Both the position numbers and the translations under genes were made by a program. Shown here in pieces: positions 47,424 to 55,029 of a stretch of DNA of 64,000 nucleotides. Below the pieces are notes generated by a model, which saw nothing but the letters and a program-made list of their open reading frames with translations, did no database searches and was not told the origin of the DNA. The DNA is from Gemmatimonas sp. Lineage in GTDB: Bacteria > Gemmatimonadota > Gemmatimonadetes > Gemmatimonadales > Gemmatimonadaceae. The stretch's first letter is position 1. The number at the start of each line of letters is the position of its first letter. The stretch lies in assembly GCA_031414535.1 (NCBI GenBank), contig JANNVQ010000029.1:160001-224000 (forward strand), written 5' to 3'.

Positions 47424-48224
47424 TCACTCCGAAGGCGCAACGCTCCGATCCTTGAACGGAGACTGCAGCATCCCGTCAATGTTGCGCCACTCCTGAAGTT
47501 CGTATCCATCAAGGCCAAGCGAAATGGTGTTCGGGTCGTCACGCAACCGAAAGCTGCCGAACAGTCGATCCCACCACGAGAAGACGCTCGCGAAGTTGGA
47601 GTCTGTCTCGGGTTGGTAGCGGGAGTGGTGCACCCAGTGCATCCACGGCGTAACAATCACGGTGCGGAGCGCTTGATCGAACTTCGCCGGCAACCGCACG
47701 TTGCTGTGGTGGAACAGGATGACGGGCTGCAGGAGTAGCTCATAGCCGAGCAGTTGGAGCGGCGTCACGCCGAGTACGGGCAGGACCACCAAACGCGCCA
47801 ACGACGACAGGATAATCTCGCCCGTATGGAAGCGCGACGCGGAGCTCGCATCCATCTCGGCGTCCGAGTGATGCACGCTGTGCAGGCGCCACAGCAGTGG
47901 CACGCGATGATTGAGACGGTGCCATAGGTACATCCAGAGATCTAGGAGCAAGATCGCCAACGGCCACTCGATCCACGCGGGCGCCTGCAACCGATGTAGC
48001 AGTCCGGAGCCGGTGGCTGCGGACCACTCCGCCGCGGCGACGAGCGCGGTGGCGAACACCACCGAAACCACCGCCACATTCAGCAGGCCGAGCGCGAGGT
48101 TGTGCCCGTAATGGCTGAGCCGACGTTGGCGACCAGTGAACTGCGGCGCGACAGTCTCCAGCGTCCACAGCAACGCGAGCGCTGCGGCGACGAGTGCCGG
48201 CTTGACTTGATTCAGCTCATTCAT
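47424..48224 (-). CDS. Sterol desaturase / fatty-acid hydroxylase family protein
   Basis: His boxes HRLNH, HSVHH, HWVHH; FHHSN; WWDRLFGS. Confidence 0.92.
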   Translation of the reverse strand: MNELNQVKPALVAAALALLWTLETVAPQFTGRQRRLSHYGHNLALGLLNVAVVSVVFATALVAAAEWSAATGSGLLHRLQAPAWIEWPLAILLLDLWMYLWHRLNHRVPLLWRLHSVHHSDAEMDASSASRFHTGEIILSSLARLVVLPVLGVTPLQLLGYELLLQPVILFHHSNVRLPAKFDQALRTVIVTPWMHWVHHSRYQPETDSNFASVFSWWDRLFGSFRLRDDPNTISLGLDGYELQEWRNIDGMLQSPFKDRSVAPSE

Positions 48225-48381
48225 GGAGTCGCTTCGGCCATAGTAAGAATATGCGCCTCAAGAAGTGGAAATCCATTGTGCCGAGCATTCTGAGAGTGGA
48301 AGAACGTGTACCCACGACAAAGTTCCCACATTGATGATGGGCCGCAGCGTAGTGCACTAATCATCGTCGGAGTACGCAACG

Positions 48382-48768
48382 CTAGCGGGCGTCAGGCGTC
48401 TGGTCGGGCCGAGTAGCCCAATACGCCCAGGCGATGAACAAGAGTTGAAACGGAAGACGCGCGTTGAGAGCGAAGGAGCCGATATCTGGAAAAAGATCCG
48501 GATTGAGCGCCATATGCAGATTGGCTGGGAACACTGCCAGCAACAGCAACACAAGTCCCCATCCGGCGTAACTGCGCAGCCGCGGAATCAGCACGCCAAG
48601 GCCTCCCAGTATTTCAAACACTCCGCTCAGGACCACCAGCTCCCGGTGAGCAGGCAAGTATGGCGGCATCATCTGGAGATAGAAGTCTGGGCTTACGAAG
48701 TGATTGGCCCCCGCCGCGATGAACGCGAGGGAGAGTCCAACAAGGGCAATGCGTTTGGTCAGCGTCAC
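48382..48768 (-). CDS. DoxX-like membrane protein
   Basis: GAGGG RBS and GTG start; AGANHF, MPPYLP, SGVFEILGG, VFPANLHMA. Confidence 0.85.
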   Translation of the reverse strand: MTLTKRIALVGLSLAFIAAGANHFVSPDFYLQMMPPYLPAHRELVVLSGVFEILGGLGVLIPRLRSYAGWGLVLLLLAVFPANLHMALNPDLFPDIGSFALNARLPFQLLFIAWAYWATRPDQTPDAR

Positions 48769-48975
48769 CGGAATACCCTCGTGGCGGGTAGGAGCAGTGC
48801 GTGCGCCGCGGTGAGTGTCGAATCGCCGCAAGTGGCACCGGAAGAATCTAACGGCCTGCGACCCGCCCTCAGGGAATCCACTACGCCGCATGCGTATATG
48901 CGCCTATAGACATAGAGAGATTTTGAGGCCACATTCTTGCTGTGGTTGTAGCATGTCTCGACACCGGAGTCCTCC

Positions 48976-50241
48976 GTGAAACACCTCGTGATTCTTGGCG
49001 CTGGTACTGCGGGTACCGTGATGGCCAATCGCCTCGCGCGCCGCTACAAGGCTGAGCTGCGGTCCAAGGCCACCCAGATTACGCTCGTGGACCAGGATGC
49101 CGTGCACCTCTACCAGCCGGGGCTGCTGTTCATCCCGTTCGGCGATTACACGCGCGAACAGGTACTCCAGCCCCGCGCGGCGCACGTGAACAAGGCCGTG
49201 CGCTACGTGCATTCGGCTATCGAACACCTCGATCCAGCCACCGACACCGTACGGCTCGCCAACGGCGAACGCATCAGCTACGACCTCTGCATCATCGCCA
49301 CGGGCTCGCGCATCGCGCCCGAGGAGACGGAGGGGATGACCGGCGCAGGTTGGCAGGAGAAGGTTTTCGATTTCTACACGCTCGGGGGTGCCGAGAAGCT
49401 TGCCACGGCCATGGCAAACTTTGCAGGCGGCACACTCGCCATCAACGTCGTTGAGATGCCAATCAAGTGTCCGGTTGCGCCGCTTGAGTTCGCCTTCCTC
49501 GCCGACGCGTACTTCACGAAGCGCGGCATCCGACCCCGCGTGCGCATCGTCTACGTGACGCCGCTCGACGGCGCCTTTACCAAGCCCGCGAGTTCGAAGT
49601 CGCTGGGTGCTCTGCTCGACACCAAAGGCATCGAACTCGAAACCGAGTTCAGTACGGGTCGCGTCGATGGTGCGGCCGGTGAACTGGTGTCGTGGGACGA
49701 GCGCCGCATTGCCTTCGACCTCCTCGTGACGATTCCAGCGCACAAAGGCGCAGCGTTTCTCGCCGACGTGCCTGGACTCACGAATGAAATGGGCTTCGTG
49801 CACACCGATCCGCGCACGCTGCAGGCCAAGCTCAAGACCAATCTTTTTGTAATTGGTGACGCCACCGATGTGCCGGCGTCGAAGGCAGGTTCGGTAGCGC
49901 ACTTCCAAGCGGAAGTGCTCGACGAGAATGTGCGACGCTTCCTCGACGGCGAGCCGCTTGAGCCGGGCTTTGATGGACACGCCAACTGCTTCATCGAGAC
50001 CGGGCACGACAAGGCGCTGCTTATTGACTTCAACTACGAGACGGAGCCGCTCCCGGGAAACTTCCCCTTTGCCTGGGGCCCGTTGCCCTTGCTCAAGGAG
50101 AGTCGGCTGAATCACCTCGGCAAGCTCGCCTTCCGTCACATCTATTGGAACGCACTGCTCCCTGGCTACGACTTCCCGGGGATCCCGCCGCAGATGCAGC
50201 GCACCGGCAAGATTGTCCCCGCTGAAGTTGCCCGCGCCTGA
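48976..50241 (+). CDS. sqr: Sulfide:quinone oxidoreductase family flavoprotein
   Basis: GAGTAG, YQPGLLF, IKCPVAPLEF, IGDA, KAGSVAH, DGHANCFIETG (two catalytic Cys). Confidence 0.85.
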   Translation: MKHLVILGAGTAGTVMANRLARRYKAELRSKATQITLVDQDAVHLYQPGLLFIPFGDYTREQVLQPRAAHVNKAVRYVHSAIEHLDPATDTVRLANGERISYDLCIIATGSRIAPEETEGMTGAGWQEKVFDFYTLGGAEKLATAMANFAGGTLAINVVEMPIKCPVAPLEFAFLADAYFTKRGIRPRVRIVYVTPLDGAFTKPASSKSLGALLDTKGIELETEFSTGRVDGAAGELVSWDERRIAFDLLVTIPAHKGAAFLADVPGLTNEMGFVHTDPRTLQAKLKTNLFVIGDATDVPASKAGSVAHFQAEVLDENVRRFLDGEPLEPGFDGHANCFIETGHDKALLIDFNYETEPLPGNFPFAWGPLPLLKESRLNHLGKLAFRHIYWNALLPGYDFPGIPPQMQRTGKIVPAEVARA

Positions 50242-50275
50242 CACCGCCTGACACCAATCCCCTGAGGATCTCACC

Positions 50276-50581
50276 ATGCCCGCACTGACCGCAGTTGCCC
50301 GTACATCGGAAGGATTCCTGGAGCGCGTCGAGGACTGGGATAGAGACCTCGCGCTCTCACTCGCCACCGAAGCGGGAATCCCAGAGCTGACAGACCGCCA
50401 CTGGCTCGTAGTGGACTACATGCGCAACACCTTTCTCACGAAGGGCGATGGACCCACCATCCGCACGCTCGGCAAGGAGTCTGGCGTCGGCATCAAGGAA
50501 TTGTACCTCCTCTTCCCCAAGGGTCCGGCGAAGCTCGCCGCCAAGATCGCGGGGATTCCCAAGCCACACGGCTGCATCTGA
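50276..50581 (+). CDS. tusE: TusE/DsrC-family sulfur carrier (single C-terminal Cys)
   Basis: EGFL, LTDRHW, LFPKGPAKLAAKIAGIPKPHGCI; GAGG RBS. Confidence 0.9.
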   Translation: MPALTAVARTSEGFLERVEDWDRDLALSLATEAGIPELTDRHWLVVDYMRNTFLTKGDGPTIRTLGKESGVGIKELYLLFPKGPAKLAAKIAGIPKPHGCI

Positions 50582-50597
50582 GCCCGAGGATACACAC

Positions 50598-51104
50598 ATG
50601 ACTACGACACTCACGCAGGGCGCAGACGCCGCCGTCGCCGATGCGCCCATCACCAAGGTCTCGATCATTGTCTCGAAGGGATCGCTCGAGGGCATCTACC
50701 CCGCGCTGATCATGGCCAACGGCGCACGGATGGAAGGCATTGAGGCCAACGTCTTCTTCACCTTCTTCGGGATGGATGCCATCAACAAGGCGCGCCACGA
50801 GCACATCAAGGTCGCGACGGTCGGTAATCCTGGCCTGCACCTTGCCACCTGGCTCGGTGGATTCCCTGGGATGTCGTCGCTCGTCACCGCCCAGATGTCC
50901 AAGGCCATGGAGAAGCTGGACATCCCGCCGATTCCCGAGTTCATCGAGATGATTGCCGACTCTGGTGCGAAGCTGTACGCCTGCAAGGCCAGCGTGGAAA
51001 TGTTCAATCTCAGTCGTAAGGACTTCATCGACCAGATCGAGGGCATCATCACGGTCGGAGATTTCTATCAGATGGCGGGCGGCGGCCAGATCATCTTCAC
51101 CTGA
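50598..51104 (+). CDS. DsrE/DsrF/DrsH-like sulfurtransferase
   Basis: GAGG RBS; ALIMANGA, FFTFFG, LYACKAS, GGQIIFT. Confidence 0.88.
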   Translation: MTTTLTQGADAAVADAPITKVSIIVSKGSLEGIYPALIMANGARMEGIEANVFFTFFGMDAINKARHEHIKVATVGNPGLHLATWLGGFPGMSSLVTAQMSKAMEKLDIPPIPEFIEMIADSGAKLYACKASVEMFNLSRKDFIDQIEGIITVGDFYQMAGGGQIIFT

Positions 51105-51112
51105 GCGTCGCC

Positions 51113-52162
51113 ATGGACCAATGCAAACGCGGCGGTCGGCTACGACGCGCTGCGACGTGCTTCGCGCTGGTGTGCAGTGCCGCTTCGCTTGAGGCGCAGT
51201 CCGTAGCCAGCGCACGCTGGACGGTGAGCGTACCGGACGCCGCGCTTGCGTGGTTCACGGTCCTAGCGGATTGGCGCATAGACGGGGAGGGGGCGTTCTC
51301 GTATATCAGTCCTGTCGCAGGAGAACAGACGGCGAATACGCGCGACGAAGCGCTCCTCGGCCGGCTGCGCGTTGATCGCTCACGGAGCGTGCTGCACTTC
51401 GCGCCCTTGTACTACCCATCGTCGAGTCGAGGGGGACTGGCGCGCGCCCTGCGGGCCGCGGTCGAGGGGGCCGCACCGCCGGAACCGCGCGCCAGTTTTC
51501 TTCTCTCGGCGCTGGAGCGCAGCATGCCCGTGGCTGCAAGGCGCGACTACCTCGCGGCGCTCGCGACTGCGCTCGAACGCGCGGCACCGGTACAGCCGCG
51601 TGCGGAGCAGCTCGCGGGCTGGCAGCGCCGTCTCGACTCGCTGTATCTGCCCGCGCTGGCGCCGTACTTGGCGCGCGAGCGGCTTGATGTTGGTCGATTG
51701 ATTGTCGCACCGGCACTCGGTGCGGAAGGCCGTCTGTTTGCCGCAACACCCAATCGCAACGATAACATAGCGGCGGTCGGCACCTTCGCTTTGGATCCTG
51801 ACCGCGACGCCCCGATGTTTGCGTTCGTGCGCGAAATCTGTTTCCCCGCGGTGTCTCGCTCGGCCACCGCGGCGCGGCTTGATGCGTCAAGTATTGGCGC
51901 GGCGCGACGGTCCAGCGTCGCCGCGGTCCGCTGCGGTGCCGCCTTGTTGCAGAGCTGTCTACCGAGCCGAGTGCTTGCCTACCAGGCGTTCTGGATTCGG
52001 CAAGCCGATCGTAATGGCTTGGTGCCGCGCGGCGCATCCCCCGCAGAGCCATCAGCACTTCGTATCGAGTTCGACCGCGTGTTTCCTGTGGACGTCACCT
52101 TGGCGGTTCGCGTGAACTGCGCGCGCTCTGTGTCTTCCTCACCTGCACCATCACTTTTGTAA
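51113..52162 (+). CDS. Hypothetical exported protein in the sulfur operon
   Basis: 349-aa ORF filling the gap exactly (8 bp and 13 bp spacers); signal-like N-terminus; no recognised family. Confidence 0.65.
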   Translation: MDQCKRGGRLRRAATCFALVCSAASLEAQSVASARWTVSVPDAALAWFTVLADWRIDGEGAFSYISPVAGEQTANTRDEALLGRLRVDRSRSVLHFAPLYYPSSSRGGLARALRAAVEGAAPPEPRASFLLSALERSMPVAARRDYLAALATALERAAPVQPRAEQLAGWQRRLDSLYLPALAPYLARERLDVGRLIVAPALGAEGRLFAATPNRNDNIAAVGTFALDPDRDAPMFAFVREICFPAVSRSATAARLDASSIGAARRSSVAAVRCGAALLQSCLPSRVLAYQAFWIRQADRNGLVPRGASPAEPSALRIEFDRVFPVDVTLAVRVNCARSVSSSPAPSLL

Positions 52163-52175
52163 GAGGAGCTCTGTA

Positions 52176-53495
52176 ATGCGGCCCATCAGACTTGTGGCCT
52201 TTGCGGCCTTCACGCTCGCTGTCGCCCCGCCTCGAGCGGCTGCCACTGACGGGCATCTTCTGCACGGCGTTGGTGCCGTGAACTCCGCGCTCGGTGGCAT
52301 CGGTGTGGCGTCCAACGCGAGCCTCCTAGGCTCCTTCTATGTAAACCCCGCCGGTCTCGCGTCGTTTGACGGGACAAACATGGAGATGGGCTTCGAACTC
52401 CTGTACGCCGAGCGCAGCGTTGGTTCATCGGCCGGACCAATGAGCGGATCTACGATGAGCGCAGCCGACTGGTCGCCCATTCCGGCGTTTGGATTCTCGA
52501 CGCGCCTCGCTAATGGGATGGTAATCGGGCTTAGCGGACTGGGCATTGGCGGATTCGGTGTGAACTACGCCTCAGACCCGACGAATCCGATTCTCGCGCC
52601 GCGTCCGAACGGGTTCGGCCAAGTGTACTCGAACTTCCAGCTCCTGAAGATCTCGCCGGCGTTGGCGTGGTCCGTGTCGCCAAAGCTTCGCGTGGGCGTC
52701 GCGGCCAACGTTAACTGGCAGTCGCTCGCGATAGATCCGATGCCGGTCGCCGCACCGGACTTCGACCCTGGGATTGATGGAGTGCCCGGCACCGCCGACG
52801 ACCGCGCGTTTTATCCCTCGGCGACCGCCGCCGATGCCGTGTTCGGGCTCGGCTTTCAGCTCGGCGTGCAGTACGACGTGAGCGAGCGGTTCAGCGTAGG
52901 CGCGGCGTACACCTCGCCGGGGACGTTCAGCGATTTCGAGTTCACGTCCACGCACGCGAATCCCAATCTGCCCAACTTCGGCACTCCACGAACGTTCAAG
53001 TTCCGCATGGACGTGCCAGCGATTTATGCCGTAGGTGTCGCATTCAACCCGAGCGCGAAGCTCCACGTCGGCGCGGATGCCAAGTACATCACGTACTCAA
53101 GCACAGAGGGTTTTGAGAAAAAGGGCTACAACCCGGATTTCTCAGTGCAGGGGTTCGGCTGGGAGGACATCACCGTGGTCTCCGTCGGTGCGCAGTACAA
53201 GCTGGGCGAGTCGTTCACGGTCCGTGGCGGCTATCACTACACGGGCAACCCGATTCCGGATGAGCAGTCGATGTTCAACATCCCGGCGCCGGCCGTCGTG
53301 CAACAGCATATTACGGCGGGATTCGGGTACACCATCGCGCCAGGGGTCGAGCTGAACATGGGGGCGTATAAGGCTCTCGAGAACTCAATCACCGGCGCGA
53401 TGTACCGTCCAACCGCGCTTCCTGGGACCTCGGTGACCAACACGCTGTCAGAAACCTCGTTGCTGGTTGGCTTCACCTTCCGTCCGAGGCAGTAG
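52176..53495 (+). CDS. FadL/OmpP1/TodX-family outer-membrane channel
   Basis: GAGGAG RBS; AAA|TDGHLLHGVG..ALGG, NPAGL, GFGVNY, alternating beta-strands. Confidence 0.88.
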   Translation: MRPIRLVAFAAFTLAVAPPRAAATDGHLLHGVGAVNSALGGIGVASNASLLGSFYVNPAGLASFDGTNMEMGFELLYAERSVGSSAGPMSGSTMSAADWSPIPAFGFSTRLANGMVIGLSGLGIGGFGVNYASDPTNPILAPRPNGFGQVYSNFQLLKISPALAWSVSPKLRVGVAANVNWQSLAIDPMPVAAPDFDPGIDGVPGTADDRAFYPSATAADAVFGLGFQLGVQYDVSERFSVGAAYTSPGTFSDFEFTSTHANPNLPNFGTPRTFKFRMDVPAIYAVGVAFNPSAKLHVGADAKYITYSSTEGFEKKGYNPDFSVQGFGWEDITVVSVGAQYKLGESFTVRGGYHYTGNPIPDEQSMFNIPAPAVVQQHITAGFGYTIAPGVELNMGAYKALENSITGAMYRPTALPGTSVTNTLSETSLLVGFTFRPRQ

Positions 53496-53504
53496 TTCGC
53501 ATAG

Positions 53505-53537
53505 GGCGCCTGCAGTGGTCTTGCCACCGCAGGCGCC
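53505..53537 (+). terminator. GC-rich hairpin after the fadL-like gene (no U-tract)
   Basis: ggcgcctgcagtgg-tcttg-ccaccgcaggcgcc: 14-bp stem with one mismatch, 9 nt after the stop codon. Confidence 0.55.
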
Positions 53538-53610
53538 GTGGCGCATCTATGGGAACCTCTCGTCGGCGGCCGCCATTCGCTAACCAGGTCACCCTCCCTT
53601 GGATACCGCC

Positions 53611-55029
53611 ATGCCGCGCTCTGTCGTTTTCGGTCTCTTCGCCCTCGCCCTCACTGCCTGCTCCGGTGACAGCGCCACGACGCCTCCGAGCGTGTCCTCG
53701 GTGGTGCTGACCCCAGCATCTGCGACCACGTTTCGAACCGTCGGCCGCACCTTGCAGGTGACGGCAAGCGCGCGTACCGCGAGTGGCGAGACGCTTCCCG
53801 GTATCGTGTTCAACTGGGCCTCATCCAATACGGCTGTTGCTTCTGTCTCCGGCTCTGGCCTCGTGACAATGGTGGGCAACGGCAGTGTCAGCATCACAGC
53901 GACGCCGCAGTCCAGTACAATCGCCTCCACACCGCTGAATCTCGTCGTCGATCAGCTCGCCGTTGAGCTTCGGGTCACTCCGGCACAGTTGGCCTTTGGC
54001 GCGCTTGGCTCGACGCGGCAGTTGGCCGCATCACTTCGCGACTCGCTCGGCAATGCGCTGCCAACGGCGCCCACGGTGGTCTGGTCACTCGGTGGAGCCG
54101 CGGCGGGCCGCATCGGCGTTGGCACTACTGGCCTCATTACGGCCGTGGCGGTGGGCGTGGGAGATTCGGTGGTCGCCACGGCATCGGGCTTTAGCACGAA
54201 GGTGTCCGCGACGGTCGCACAGGTGCCCGCGACGGTCCTGATAACCGCGCTTGGCCGCGACACGATTGAGACGACCGGCGTGACGCGTGCCTACACGGCC
54301 ACGCCGCGCGACTCGAATCTCAACACGATTCCCGGTGCGACCGTCGTATGGAGCTCAACCGACGTCGCAGTGGCTACAGTGTCGGGAACCGGTACTGCCA
54401 CGGCCGTCAGTGACGGCACCACCTCCATTCGCGCCATCGCAAACACCGTGTTCGGTGCCCGCTCGCTAGTCGTGCGCCGCTTCGCGTCGGTCTTCACGCT
54501 AACACCGGCGTCTGGCAGCATCACGACGGCCAGCGGGACCTTGGCACTCACTGGCAATGTGCGCGACTCAGCCAATACGGCACTGCCAATCACGTGGAGT
54601 TCGCGTCTAGCGAGTATCGCGACCGTTGCACCGACTACGGGTACGAGCGCAACGGCCACGGGCCGCGCCAACGGATCAACCTTCATCCTTATGAGCGGCG
54701 GCACGCGGTCTGACTCGATGAGCCTGTCAGTGTCTGGTCAGGCAGCGGCACCGCTCACCGCAGCTATTAGCGTCGGTGACAACTTTTTCCGCTCGGCCCG
54801 TAACGACAGTCAGAACGCCGCCGTTGACACAATCGGCGTGGGTGGCACCGTCACCTGGACGTGGGTGGGCAGCAACGGCCATAGCGTGCAGTCCCTCGGC
54901 ACACCGAGCTTCGCGAGCAGCGCCATTCAACCATCCGGTACCTACGTGCGAATCTTCAACGCGACTGGTGAATACCAGTACGATTGCCAAGTGCACCCGC
55001 TGATGACAGGCCGCATCGTGGTGCGTTGA
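53611..55029 (+). CDS. Lipoprotein with Big_2 Ig-like repeats and a C-terminal plastocyanin-like cupredoxin
   Basis: Lipobox LTAC; WASSNTAVASV and WSSTDVAVATV repeats; HSV...YDCQVHPLMTG type-1 Cu ligands. Confidence 0.85.
   Translation: MPRSVVFGLFALALTACSGDSATTPPSVSSVVLTPASATTFRTVGRTLQVTASARTASGETLPGIVFNWASSNTAVASVSGSGLVTMVGNGSVSITATPQSSTIASTPLNLVVDQLAVELRVTPAQLAFGALGSTRQLAASLRDSLGNALPTAPTVVWSLGGAAAGRIGVGTTGLITAVAVGVGDSVVATASGFSTKVSATVAQVPATVLITALGRDTIETTGVTRAYTATPRDSNLNTIPGATVVWSSTDVAVATVSGTGTATAVSDGTTSIRAIANTVFGARSLVVRRFASVFTLTPASGSITTASGTLALTGNVRDSANTALPITWSSRLASIATVAPTTGTSATATGRANGSTFILMSGGTRSDSMSLSVSGQAAAPLTAAISVGDNFFRSARNDSQNAAVDTIGVGGTVTWTWVGSNGHSVQSLGTPSFASSAIQPSGTYVRIFNATGEYQYDCQVHPLMTGRIVVR

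Noticed and set aside
50235..50255. 10-bp tandem repeat cgcctgacac x2 across the sqr stop codon
   Set aside because: Real but too short to imply function; probably replication slippage.
50276..51104. Dissimilatory sulfite reductase (Dsr) pathway
   Set aside because: The carrier lacks the second DsrC Cys and there is no dsrAB or dsrMK in the window.
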